Part shown: piece by piece, positions 13,701 through 27,830 of the stretch
Layout: every line of letters begins with the position of its first letter
How positions within the stretch are numbered: position 1 is the stretch's first letter
NCBI GenBank assembly: GCA_951406725.2
Contig: OX597828.1
Location: 66,154,001-66,218,000 of the forward strand
DNA from: Octopus vulgaris
Taxonomy: Eukaryota
Reading direction: 5' to 3'
DNA: 64,000 nucleotides
The notes under the pieces: generated by a model
The model's input: only the letters and a program-made list of their open reading frames with translations
The model's database searches: none
What the model was told of the DNA's origin: nothing
Made by a program: the position numbers and the translations under genes

Positions 13701-16312
13701 TTTTGAATTGCCCACACATTGTCTTCTAGCTATGAGATCTCAATGATGTGACTCTTTACTTTAGGAATAACATTGTAGGGTAGGTGTAAGAGGTCAGATA
13801 TGGCTAGTTTGAGCATAAAACAGGAAAATATTTTGGGCTTGATATAGCTGATTTAAATGCCAAAGGTTTAAAGAATTTACAAAATATTTACATGTAGGAT
13901 AATGATATTTTAACTGGGCAGGGGTTCAAGGAGTACACTTTGAATAATAAGTAAAGGTGTTCGACAGAAATTTTTGCTGTTTTAAATTTTTATCCAAACT
14001 ACAAAACTATATTTTGTTGGTTATCCTTTTTAACACAATCATGAATCCAAACACTGAGTCTGGATTTGCTTCTGTTGTCCATTTCTGTGCTGAACACTAA
14101 AACAATTCTTCCCTCCACGTCTTTCCTTTACTCTAAGCTGCATTAGATTAAAACAGTGTTCTTTTGTCTACAGGAATATAAGAAGATACCGCAAGGTAAA
14201 AATGTCAAACATCTCATCCTACTAAAATTGTATCAAGCTAACAATGATAGCAAATCACCCTCAAACTTCACCTTCTTTAGAAATGAAGGACACATTGGAT
14301 GATACAGTCTGAGATAAACTGTCTCTGGTGGGATGGTCAAAGTTAAAACATCATCATCATCATCATCGTTTAACGTCCGTTTTCCATGCTAGCATGGGTT
14401 AGACAGTTCAACTGGGGTCTGGGAAGCCAGGAGGCTGCACCAGGCCCAGTCTGATCTGGCAGTGTTTCTACAGCTGATGCCCTTCCTAACGCCAACCACT
14501 CCAAGAGTGTAGTGGGTGCTTTTTACGTGCCACCGGCACAGGCGAAGGCAAGGCTGGCAATGGCCACGATCAGTTGGTGCTTTTTATGTGCCACCAGCAC
14601 AGAGGCCAGTCGGGGCGGCACTGGCAATCGTCAAAACACCTTTGATTATAGATCTGTAGAAGCAGAGGTGTCCTGAATGGTGAACAACAACAGCTAAAAT
14701 TGTATTTTGCTTATTGAAAACTGTCCATTTTCCTAATGTTAAAATGGAAAAGATATTACTGAAACTATTTCTTTTTATAATCAATAATAGAGATGGTTCT
14801 TGATTACAATCTCATTATTTATATGCAATGACCTGTTTAGGTTCTAAACAGCTGACATTTGAATTCAGAAGTTCATTAATCTATTTACCTCAGTTGACCA
14901 AACTGGATATAATTTCTTATTACCAAGTGACATTTAGTCACTTGCTATCAGATGGCATACCTGAGATTTGAATCAATGAGTTATAGAAAAGTCTGAATTC
15001 TAAATCGATCTTTCTGGTATAGGAAAACCTTTCTAAAGCTTGAAAAAAATATATCCAACTTCAAGTTATAAACATTATAAATCTCAGTGAAATATAACGG
15101 ATCCCCTTGTATTAAGTGGATATGAAATGAGACAATAGCTGAGCAGTATCTGAATGGAGATTGGTTGATTTTTTCGTATTTTTTTATTGAACGTGTTTTG
15201 TGGCTCCAAGTAGCTTGCTTGAACTGGAAAGTGATAAGATGACAGGATAAGGTTACTATGGCTAATGCTGGGTTTGAATTATTGTAGGCTAGGGAATGTT
15301 TGAATAGGAAAACATAGGTGGAGCAGAAGTCATAAAGAATTGTTATAGTGAGGAAACAATTTGGCAAAGTAATGTATCTGGGTGCAAGATATGTTTCTTT
15401 ATTAGCCACACGGGGCTGCACACAGACGGGACAGATTACAAAGTAGAGCTTTTCTTTTTGGGGGAGAGAGAAAAAAAAAAGTGGGTTAGGTTTTCGATCA
15501 AAAGGGATCGTAAAAGGGAAAGAAGGAAAGAAAGAAAAAACGATCAATAGGGATCATGTATCACAGCGTCAGAAGATATGTGACAGCTGCAATAGACTGA
15601 TTAAAAAGGTATAGAGCAAGCAAGGGCAGTTGAGCAATAATAAATATACATGTGGGACATGGAAAATACAGCTGAATAATGGACAGGAGATTGGAGAGAA
15701 CTGGTGATTGGACTTATCAGACAAGTGGCTTTCTCTACTACATAGAATTTTTTTTTTTTCAGGATAAAAAGATGAAAAATTCAGTTCAAAGTTAAATCAA
15801 TAAATCTTCCCCCTGCTAAATCTTCAGACTCACCTGTGCCACATTTTTTACCCAACTTCTTTCTGAATAACAACGAAAGAGTGAATATTGAGGTATGTTC
15901 AAAATAACCGCATACCCTAGATAAAAAAATATGATAAATAAATTTGACAGAAGCAGTATTATTACAGAATGGCAATCTTTATATCCCACTTAATGTAGAT
16001 ATATTGTTGGAAAACCATATTATCATAGCATCCACCCATGTTAGATGGTTCTTGTATGTCTGTGCTTCTAAGCACTTTACATCTATTTGAGAGGATCTCT
16101 CAAGGTGAATACTGCAGTAATATGGTGTTTAACAAAAGGTCCACATTAAATAGGATACAAAGGTTACCATTCTGTATAAATACTGCATCTGTGATTTATA
16201 TTTATTTTTTAAAGAGCCTGCTGGTTAGTTGCAACATCAGTGACTGAATAGTCACTGTTTTTCTATAAATCAGTGGCAGTGAGATTTGGTTGGCATGCAG
16301 TGAGCAGATGCT

Positions 16313-16357
16313 TGTTACTGATGAAGTGCGTGTACACTGAAATCACATGATGTAGCA
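16313..16357 (+). ncRNA. Minimal type I hammerhead motif, probably inactive (G at the cleavage position)
   Basis: TGTTA-CTGATGA-AGTGcgtgtaCACT-GAAA-TCACATGA-T-G-TAGCA, next to inverted repeats at 15925-16035 / 16100-16210. Confidence 0.55.
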
Positions 16358-18429
16358 GTTCTGCCACTCATGCTAGATGATTCTCATCTGCTAACAATAT
16401 GTCTGTGCTTTTAATAGTGCATGTCTATATGGCAGGATTAATCGAGATGAATACCACAGGAACACAACATGCTAATAATACGCTAATGTTATGTAGAATA
16501 TAAAGATTGCTGTTCTATATTATAATAGATTTGGGACAATGAGCCATGGTTCAATACTAACTTTTGGTTATGAACAATGAATCACCCAAATGTATTCTCA
16601 ACCTGATTTATCTTACATAAAGTGAAATATTTCATTAGTGTTGATGAAAGATTCACTTAATATCTGTACGTTACCAAATTGTAGTTGTGGAGGCGGGAAA
16701 GACAGAGAAGTAATGTTTATGTATAACTGTCCATAAATATGTGTTTATACAAAGCTAACTGCACAAAGCTGTCTACAAATTGAAAGAAAATATTAAGTAA
16801 TGTGTGCGTGTATGTACCTGTTTGTGAATTGGAAAAAGCTAAAGTACGCTCGACAGTATTTATGATGAAGGTACAAAACTAAGTGAAATAATATTGAATA
16901 CAAGAGAACATCTCATTGAGTATAAAAATAAAATCATTTAAACTCATAGTGAAATTACAGTTTAAGAACATGTCAAGAGATTTTGGAGAAAATTGAAAGA
17001 TTATAAATGTGATGTAAATGCTAAAAAAAGCAGCGGAAGTTTGTATTTATACTTAACTGTAGAATGTCCAAGTTCACCGATGCAGGGTATGTTTATTTAT
17101 CTCTTAATAGTGAATGCCAAACTTCTGCTGAAGCTAGGATGAATGCAAAATTTGATGAAGTTTACCTCAGCATGTAGTTGAAGTGGGTGAGAGAAAGATA
17201 TGAATTCAGTCTCTATTGAAGTTAATCTCAGTATTTGATAGAAGCAAATGAGATAGAGAAGAGGAAGAAAAGAGAGGAAGTGAGAAGCATTTTTTATGTC
17301 TGGCCAAGAATGATGATCTGTGGTCTGGCAACAGAACTTTTCTCTAAAGAAAGTTAATCCTAATGTCCTTGTAGCAGAATAATGAAAATGATTTGAGGGT
17401 TGTGTAATTACTAGGGTTGTGTCTTGTGACACGAAGATGACACTCCATGGGGTCATCCAGAATCAGAGAGGAGGTTGTGATGTCATGGTTTGTCTTGGTT
17501 CTCCAGATGCCTGCAGCTATCAACACGTAATAGAAGGAGATTGAATAGAAAGTTCAAAACACTAGGTGCATTGTTGACCATAGTAGTGAGTTTAGAAAGT
17601 TCTTTCAAGGCATGGGTCATACAATAAAAGAGCAATAAAAAAATCATGAGATGCAACTTTTATTGTGCAACTTTTATTGTGCAAGGGTTAAAAACAAACT
17701 GTAGAAAACGCACCACTTTTGTAAAAATATGCTCAGAGCAAGTGGTTCCTCCATTGCCTTCCTTTCTAAATACACTACTGACAAAGAAATTTGCTGTAAA
17801 GTGGTATGCTAGATAGCTTATATCTGTATGTCCATAATTTGGCTCTATGGACTGCTTCCAGTCTTATGAAAGCTGTCTCAATGCTTTGAGTTTACCAAAG
17901 TAGAACTGTTTAACACAACACTTCATGTACCACGGCACATCTAAACAGACAATCAGTCAGAAATTATGTCACCAATAATTGTCTAATTTCTATTAATGGA
18001 AATATATTTTTTTGTCATTGTATTTGATAACAGGAAATGCATTGCCTGGTAAAAATCTTTCAGTTAAACCTTATACAATATCTTGTGGCCATAAATGCTA
18101 GACCCTGTCTCAACAAATCCAGTATAGGTTACATAGAATAAAAAAATCTTGAAAAGAAGTTTGAGTCGAACTGAAAATATCGAACCTGATGAAGCAGAAT
18201 GATGCTGAAAAGAATATATGGAAAGCTGAGCTATCATCTTAGAAATGTTTGCAACATCTGCTAGTATGGAGAAATGGACACAAAACTGAAGATTATAATG
18301 ATTGTTAGAAGCAATGGCAAAGACAACTCATTAAAAAAATAACTTTAGATTTATTATAATTTGCACATCCAACTTAACTTGGATAAGTTGTTTTAAACAC
18401 TGGATATATAATCTGTGCTTTTTTGCACT

Positions 18430-19242
18430 CAGCATCTATACACGACAGAGTGTAAGTGCCCTGAGAGAAAAGTTGGGCATAAGAAGCATCAAATGTGGTG
18501 TACAAGAGAGACGTCTGTGCTAGTATGGTCATGTGTTATGTATGAATGAAGACAGCTGAGTGAGGAAGTGCCACTCCCTAACTGTAGAAGGAACCTGTAG
18601 AAGAGGTAGACCCAGGAAGACATGGGATGAGGTGGTGAAGCATGACCTTCAAACATTGGGCCTCACAGAGACAATGACAGGAGATCGGATCCTTTGGAGA
18701 TATGCTGTGATTGAGAAGACCCGGCAACTAAAGTGAGATTGCAGCCGCCCATGTCCGGCCCTGTTAAGAATACCCCTGATGCATTGGGTGATATGATATG
18801 CTTGAGAAGACCTGTTGAGTCAAGTAAAACCAATATCACAGGTGAGACCAGTGCCCCCCCTGACTGGCTTCCATGTTGGTGGCACATAAAAAGCACCAAC
18901 CAAACGTAGTCAATGTCAGGTCTGGCTGACTGGCTCCAATGCCAGTGGCATGTAAAAATGACCAACCAGTTGTGGCCAATACCAGTATCTACTGATTGGC
19001 TCTTGTGCTGGTGGCACATAAAAAGCACCATCTGAATGTAATCAATGCCAGGCCTGCCTGACTGGCTCCTGTGCCGGTGGCACGTAAAAAGGACCCACTA
19101 CACTCTCAGAGTGGTTGGCATTAGGAAGAGGATCCAGCTGTAGAAACATTGCCAGATCAGATTGGAGCTTGGTGCAGCTGCTGGCTCTCCAGACCATCCA
19201 ACCCATGGTAGCATGGAAAACGGACATTAAACGATGATGATG

Positions 19243-19243
<1 letters not shown>
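18430..19243 (+). mobile_element. RTE LINE 3' end (same family as 45786-46543)
   Basis: agaggtagacccaggaagacatgggatgaggtggtgaagcatgacc followed by the same 3' UTR and (GAT)n tail. Confidence 0.85.
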
Positions 19244-19278
<35 letters not shown>

Positions 19279-21836
19279 CAAGCTTCTTTCAGTTTCCGTC
19301 TACCATATCCACTCACAAGGCTTTGTTCAGTCCAAGGTGCCATGCCATGAAGTGGGACTGAACCCAGAATCATGTGGTTGGGAGGCAAGCTTCTCATCAC
19401 AAGCCATGTGTCTATGTTTGCATTTAAAATTTCATTGCTTCATTTCTTAAGATTTGTACTACTAAAGAACACTCATTAGTTTAATGAGGCTATTTTCTCT
19501 TTTTGGAGAGACATTTTTGGGGCCACATATTCTTTGATGCTTATCACTGATTAGTAGTGTTATGTGTATGTAAATTATGCCCTCTGTGATTACTGGATTA
19601 TGATCAGTACATAGTAAAAAACACTAGTTATTAGCTGGTGTTTTTGTGTACATGACTCCCTGTAATGGTGGCTACAATATTTTAGTTAGTATTTTAACAT
19701 GGTGTTCTTTGGAAGCTAGATGTTTCTTGTGTTTGCATTTGTAAAATCAGTTCATAACACCAAATGATTTGTAACAGTCCTTGAAACTGCCTAGTGGGCA
19801 GTGAATGTTTGATGGAAAGTATTGTCTACGTACCAAGTTAACAGTGAACAGGGCAACTGTATCAGATTGATTGAAAACTTTCTTTAAAACTTCTACCTAC
19901 AATGCAGCAGCAGCTTCCGATTAATCAGACCATGAAAGCTTTGTTGAAATGCATTGGCACATGAAAGGAGAAAGGGGGTGGTTGGTTATAAATTCTGTTA
20001 ACTAAAAATTTTAAGAAGTGTGTGTAACTTATGTCTGGGTATAAAATATCATGTATTAACACGACTCTGTGAAACTCTCATCAAAAGATAGTATTGGTTT
20101 CTGTATGCAGATACAGAAACAAATTCGATCTAAATATAACAAAACTAATCAAAAATTGCTACATTTGTTTACCATATGCATAATGATACTCAGCAGTGAT
20201 AAGAGCCATTAAAATTTAAAGGTTGCAAAATGCATCATTTATACATGCAGACCTCCGGAACGTCTGTCTTTGTTGGGCCTCAAAAACCATGGGAGCAGAA
20301 AAAATCTAATCTGTTAAGATTTCAAAAAGAAGTTCCCTCTTTAATACACTGCTGGCTCTCAAAAAATAACATCAACATTTAAATATTTTGATGCAAAAAT
20401 AACAAAAGTGAATTTCATTAAAATCAAGTATTTTTCCCAAACATAAAGCTAAATGCATGGAATCAGATACAGATTCTTAAGAGCCAATGTTTAACTCTTA
20501 CATAGTTCTGATATCTTGATGAAACACTGTATACTAAAGCAATAGTGTACCATAGTGTACAACGTAAAGTACTATATCAATAATATATTGCATAGTGTGC
20601 AACAAAATGTACTATATTAGTAGTGTACTACATATATCAATCAATATAAAAGACGTTAAAATTCTATAATTTACAAAGGCCTTATTGAGAAGACATTTGA
20701 AATCATTTTATCATGCACAACAGCTGGGAAAGACATCACATAGAACACAGCACTGAAATAGCATAATCTATTTGAAAGATTTGTAATAAAAGAAGGAAAC
20801 AGAAAACCAAGAAATATTTATTTCTTTATTGCCCACAGGGGGCTAAACATAGAGGGGATAAACAAGGACAGACAAAGTTGATTACATCGACTCCAGTGCA
20901 TAACTGGTACTTAATTTTTTGACCCCGAAAGGACGAAAGGCAAAGTCGACTTCGGCAGAATTTGAACACAGAACGTAACGGCAGCCTAAATACCGCTAAG
21001 CATTTCGCCCAACGTGCTAACGATTCTGCCAGCTCACCACCCTATATCCAAGAAATATTGTTCCAACTGACATCACATCAGTTCACCTTCATCATGGTCC
21101 ACCTCACCACGAACACTAAAAACGGGAGTCTGAACACACATCGACCCGAAGTATGTTATCAAGGTTTTTATAAAGTACTGAGAACCTTGCTGATAAGCAA
21201 GATCAAACACTGATGAACAACATCATTTGACTTCATGTGCAGTGAGCCGTATCAAAGCCGGATATTGATGTATATGAAAATGATATTGTATTACAGAAGC
21301 AGATATTTCCAGACTCTGCACACTATCACAGTTTTTGCTTTCAGCAAGTTTTTTAACAAATATGTAAGCAAATATTTCATATATATATAAAAGAATTTTA
21401 ATATGAGAAAGAAGATAGAATGAACAGGCTTTATAGTAAATCACTACAATTGTTTCAGCTCATCAGTATCACCTTGTAAAGCTGAATGTAATGTTACATA
21501 TATTATACATATTATTGCATTAATAGTGTCCAACAATAGCTGTATACATGCACATCTTCAGATGAGTAGGGTCCAAAGAACTGCTGGATCTTCTTTAGTT
21601 TCTCTGTTCTAAACCCACAGCATTTTACTATTTTTAGCATTCCATTGACAAAGGAGAACACAGAAATACAAAGAGATACAGATGTGAAAAAAATACCAAA
21701 AATAAATTATTGGAAATAAAAAAATTAAAAAAACCCTTATTCACTCCATCCTTTGCCACAGATTTGTCTCAGCATTTTGAAAAATAAATGACCATTCTAA
21801 TATGATCATGTCATAAAATGATAGACCTGAAATAAT

Positions 21837-22165
21837 TATCAGGTCATCCCATAAGTTCTGTCCGAACTTTTTAAAAATTGAATGAAATCTGATAGTATTT
21901 TAGAATGTCTAATGGAATTTAAAATTATTTTTATGCCTTTGTGTACATTTAAACTAATTAAATATTATGTTACGGAATAATAAAATTAAAATTTCTTTGA
22001 TGAAAACCCTTTCTAACACAGAAGTATCCAAAGAGCATTTGATGCACATAATGCTTTATGAGTACAAAAGAGGAAACTCTGCAGCCAAAGCGACTCAAAA
22101 CATGCACTCAGTTTATGGGAAAGAGTGCTTGAATGAAAGAAATTGCAGAAGATGGTTTGCAAAAA
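21837..22165 (+). mobile_element. Mariner (Mos1/SETMAR-like) 5' fragment
   Basis: TIR-like tatcaggtcatcccataagttctgtccg followed by the HTH peptide EHLMHIMLYEYKRGNSAAKATQNMHSVYGKECLNERNCRRWF. Confidence 0.8.
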
Positions 22166-22199
22166 GATCCAACCAAATCAAGTAATAAACCCAAATACT

Positions 22200-22608
22200 A
22201 AGTGAACAAAGATGACCCATCCCACTTCCATTGCATGCACACACACACGCACACACACATTCACATACCCACTCCTTTTACACACACACACATATATTCA
22301 CACAGAGTTGAAACACTGTTTGATTTATTTTTTTCAGCATACACTTTCCATCATCCCACTACCAAGTATGACATCACTCCTTCCTTCCTTATTCATCTAT
22401 CACCCGTTTCTTTCTCATTCATAAACACAAGAGTATCATTATGGTAGATTATCTCGGTAACCATGGGAGCTATGAAAAAAATACAAAGCCCAACATCACT
22501 ACCGGATCATTCTACACATCTGCGTAATTTTTTGCGCAATTCCACCCAGCCGTTTGACTGAATCCCAAGACAAGAAAGAATCGTTCATGTCAAATGTATA
22601 TGTATAGA
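22200..22608 (-). mobile_element. Probable Helitron-like element 5' part
   Basis: The minus strand starts A|TCTATACATATA followed by aaacggctgggtggaattg, typical of non-autonomous Helitron 5' ends. Confidence 0.4.
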
Positions 22609-22904
22609 TATATACACACACAAATATATGTATACAAACATATGTATATAGATAGATATGTGTGTATGTGTGTGTATATACTCTTATTCTATTTTATCCC
22701 TACTTGTTTCAGTCATTTGAATGTGGCCATGCTGGAGCACCACATTATAGAGATCTTTACTTTCAAAAAATCCCCCCAGCATTTATTCCTTGTAAGCCTA
22801 GTACTTATTCTATCGGTCTCTTTTGCCAAACCACTAAGCCATGGAGACATAAACACACCAACATCAGTCAAGTGATGGCGAGGAGGGGGACAAACTTAGA
22901 TACA

Positions 22905-23485
<581 letters not shown>

Positions 23486-24799
23486 TTCTCTATCACTTTC
23501 ACATGTTACTGTTATGACTCCAGACATAATTCGTTATATTATCTTTGCTAAACAGATTACAGAGATATCATTTACTTAGGTAAATACCCACTGAGCCCTG
23601 TCATCGAAAACAGGCCAAAACTTGTCAGAATACACTAGATTTCAGGATAATGCACCCAATGTAGGCCAAGAATTTTTAAAGACAGATTCTTATTATGTGC
23701 TAGTAAGACATTCGTAACCTCAACTAAGAAACACTGCCAATCTGGTGTAATCAGAAGAACTGTGAAGAATACCAGACATTGAAGCTTGTCAGTGCTTGCT
23801 TAATTTAAAACCCTCTGAAAATATTACTTTATTGCTGTGTATTGTTTTCTGTTTTTATTTATGTCTATACTATTCATGAATGATCAGTCTTTCTTTTTAT
23901 ATTGCCATTAATCTTCTGCTAGTTTCAAGTCATTTCAGTTACTGCTGGAAAGAGTTGCTGTTAGTTATAAGGCAAACGTTTAACATATTAATGTTAGCGT
24001 AAGAATGAATATGGAAGTGTGTGATTGAATTGTTACAATATCTGGTCTAATACATAATTCCAGATTAAATCCGACAATAGCCTTGGGAGTGGATTTGGTA
24101 GGCAGAAACTGAAAGAAACCTGTTGTGTTTAAGAAGTACACGTGTGTGTGTGTGTGTGTGTGTGTGCGCACGTGCATGCACATGCATGTGGGTGTTTATT
24201 GCTTCCTCCATGTGGCATTGCATGATGGCTGTGTAAATGGGGGCAACATTCGTACAAGTGATATCGTTCGTTTCCAATCTTCCATGGAAACTTGTCCAGT
24301 CACGAGGAAATACTACCTTATTGAGAAATAAGTGGGGTTGCAGGACAGGAAGGGCAGCCAGCTGTAGGAAATTTGCCTTAACAAATTCCATCTGGCCCCT
24401 GCAAGCTAAGAAAAGCCGATGTTAAAATGATAATGGTGGTGAAGAGGATGTGTGTGTGGTAAGAAGCTTTCTTCCCAACCACATGGTTCCTGGTTCAGTC
24501 CCACTGCATGGCACTTTGGACAAGTGTCTTCTACTATAACCCCAGGCTGACCAAAGCCTTGTGAGTGGATTCGGCAGACGGAGACTGAAAGAAGCCTGTC
24601 ATATATGTATGTATATATTTATGTGTCTGTGTTGCTTCACCACCATCGCTTGGCAACCAATGTTGGTGTGTTTATGCCCCTGTAACTTAGCATAGGTATT
24701 TTTTAATGAAATTTTATACAAATACCTTTCAAATGGCATAGATTATGATTACAAAGAAATTTTTAGGCAAAATTTTTGGAAGGGGGACAGGGTAGGAGT

Positions 24800-25425
24800 T
24801 TCTAGAAAACAGAGTAGTGGTCTCTGAGGAAGCTAGGGATCAATGAACAGATTGTGAAATCAGTACAGGTCATGTACAGTGGTACTGTTAGTAAGGTAAG
24901 AGTTGGCCATGGGTACAGTGATGAATTTAGTGTATAGGTAGGTGTCCACCAGGGGTCAGTCCTCATCCCCTTCCTATTCATCATCATCCTCTAGGCTATA
25001 ACAGAGGAATTTAAGCATGGAAGCCCATGGGAACTACTATATGCCTATGATTTTGCTTTCATAGCAGAATCTGTAACAATATTATTAGAGGTGTGGAAAC
25101 AGAACCTGAAATCAAAGGGTCTTGAAGTAAACTTAGCAAAGACCAAGGTTCTAGTAAGCAAGAAATCAGGCAGGACCCTTCTTACTCTTCTGGTAAGTGG
25201 CCCTGCTTGATATGTAGAAAGGATATAGGTAGAAATTCCATTTGGTGTACCCAGTGCAAATTAGAAACACACAAGAAGTGCAGTGGAATAGTAGGAAGGT
25301 TGATGCAGAAGGATAAGGACAGTTGCATAAATAAGTGCCAATCACTTAAATTGGAGGGAAGTTGTAGAGGGAGACCCAGGAAGACATGGAACAAAGCATT
25401 GAAGGCCAATCGCAGGACACTAAAT
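24800..25425 (+). mobile_element. Degenerate RTE LINE RT fragment
   Basis: GVHQGSVLIPFLF, PWELLYAYD (a YADD relic), CxxC and RGRPRKTW segments. Confidence 0.8.
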
Positions 25426-25426
25426 C

Positions 25427-25660
25427 TGGCACTGTCATGCCTTTAGTTGTCAGGAGGAAAGTACAAAAAGTGTGACGTCAAAATGACGTCACACTTTTTC
25501 TCGTCCACCTTCGTTTCTTTCCGTCATGCCTTTAGTTGTCAGGAGGAAAGTAAAGTAAATAAACGAAGGTATAAACTTGACGACATAAATACACGAAGTT
25601 GACGTCTGACATCAGATTTTTCTACTTTCACTTCTGACAACTAAAGGCATGACAGTGCCA
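25427..25660. mobile_element. MITE with about 38-bp terminal inverted repeats
   Basis: tggcactgtcatgcctttagttgtcag...ctgacaactaaaggcatgacagtgcca, with an internal partial TIR copy and a palindrome. Confidence 0.8.
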
Positions 25661-27336
25661 ATATTTTTACATACTTGTATTGTAGAGTGCTCAACAGTGC
25701 TAGCTGAACATTGCCAATCTTAAAGAGACAGGGAACTGAGATATGTTGCTCATTGCTGTACTTGTGAAGATTCAACACATAGCAGAGCACTTAGACACAA
25801 AAACCAAGGTACCACATAAAAAGCAATGGTGTGGGTGCTGGTGCCACGTAAAAAGTACTGATGATGGTACCATGTAGAAAGCATCCATACAGTCTGTGAA
25901 GTGGTTGGCATTAGGAAGGGCATCCAGCTGTAGAAACCATGCCAAAACAGACTATGGAACCTGCTGTGGCCCCTGGCCCAGCCAGTTCATGTCAAGCCAT
26001 CCAGTCCATACCATCATGGAAAACAGATGTTAAATGTTGATGATGATGATAATGATGATATATGTGTGAAAAAGATACAGCATGGAATTAAATACTTGTA
26101 TTGTAGAGTGCTCAACAGTGCTAGCTGAACATTGCCAATCTTAAAGAGAATTTGTGGTTGTCATAAATCTGTGTGGTATGAAATTCAACACATAGCAGAG
26201 CACTTAGACACAAACATGACAGGCTTTGACACAGTTTCTATATACTAAACTTTATTTACAAAACATTGTGCCGGTGGCACTTAAAAAGCACCCACTACAC
26301 TCTCAGAGTGATTGGCATTAGGAAGGGCATCCAGCTGTAGAAACTCTGCAAGATCAAGATTGGAGCCTGGTGCAGCCATCTGGTTTGCCAGCCCTCAGTC
26401 AAAATCGTCCAACCCATTCTAGCATGGAAAGCGGACGTTAAATGATGATGATCATCATCATCAAGAAGAAGGAGGAGGAGGAGGAAGAGGAAGAAGAAGA
26501 AGTTGAAGTTGAGGCTATGCTAGTAGATACTTATTCAAGGGATCAATCAGTTGAATTATTCTCAGAAACACAAGGTTGCAAAGCAAAACCTCTTAACGAC
26601 ACACAAACATGCTTAACACTACAATTTAGCTACTTGAAAAATTTCAAAACATTTTAGCCTCAGGTCAATTCTAGCAACATATTGTGTACAGAATCATTTA
26701 CAAATGAATTCATTTCAGTCACCTGATCAATCAGCATATAGGATTGGTTTTTCAATTGACATAGCGTGGTGGAGGTGCAATGGCCCAGTGGTTAGGGTAG
26801 CGGACTCACGGTTGTAGGATCGCGGTTTCAATTCCGAGACCGGGTGTTGCGAGTGTTTATTGAGCGAAAACACCTAAAGCTCCACGAGGCTCCAGCAGGG
26901 GGTGATGGCGATGCCTGCTGTACTCTTTTGCCACAACTTAATTTCCATCCAACCCATGCTAGCATGGAAAACGGACGTTAAACAATGATGATGATAGCAC
27001 TTGTCAATGACCCTGAATTAGCCATCTGATAATAGTAAGCTATCAATTGTAATTTTCTTTTAAGTGCAGCAATTGATATAGTTGATCACAACATCACATC
27101 CTTATTCCTTGTCTTCAATCACACTTTGGCTTTCACAATGTCTTGGGTATTTGCTTCTGATCTTCCCATACAGGAAAATGTCAGTTGTACATGTTGATGC
27201 CTCTTCTGCATTCCTTATATATTACTTCATTATCAAATGGACTCATTCGTGAATACACAAGCACAATGAAGAAAATGAATGAAGAGCCCAAGATGGTAAC
27301 AGATGGATTTGAAATCTCTAAAGAATTCGGGTACTA

Positions 27337-27830
27337 TGTAAGAAGAGTGATCCCGGTGCGCGTACTCGCGCTAGTTAGTCGTGACTAGTCGATCCTACAC
27401 CGACTACCTAGCAAAGTAAATAAAACAAAAAATAAATAATTTTTTTAAAACAAAGTAAATAAAACATAAAAACACAAAGTAAGGATATGTTTGAATGAAA
27501 CAGACAGCACTCCCAACTAAAGGCGACCGACAACAGTTCAGTTAGTTCAGTTTCAACCTTGAAATGAATCTGGAACTGGTTATTACATATGCTCAACGGG
27601 AAAGATCACCCGACTGAGGACTAACAGCATCCCCTTGACTTGCTATGAACAAACTCAGTTACCTGCAAATTCAAAGAGTCAGCCAGGGGTTAGCGAAGAT
27701 GACAAGGTGCTGATCTAAGGTTCAAGGGGAAAGAAGGTGAGAATTGATATGTTGCGATATGTTTCAATGGAACAGACAGCACTCTCAACTAAAAGCGACC
27801 GACAACAGTTCAGTTAGTTCAGTTTCAACG
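27337..27830. repeat. Unclassified CpG-rich repeat, possibly an LTR fragment, with an internal 73-bp direct repeat
   Basis: TGTAA...TTACA (27337-27587). gatatgttt...cagtttcaac is repeated at 27485-27557 and 27756-27829. No TSD found. Confidence 0.3.

Noticed and set aside
14981-15547. 188-aa minus-strand ORF
   Set aside because: It starts inside a retroelement 3' tail (15394-15570), has no recognisable domain, and its composition is non-coding-like.
18186-18222. CTGATGA-agca...tgct-GAAA hammerhead-like core
   Set aside because: Stems I and III cannot be formed.
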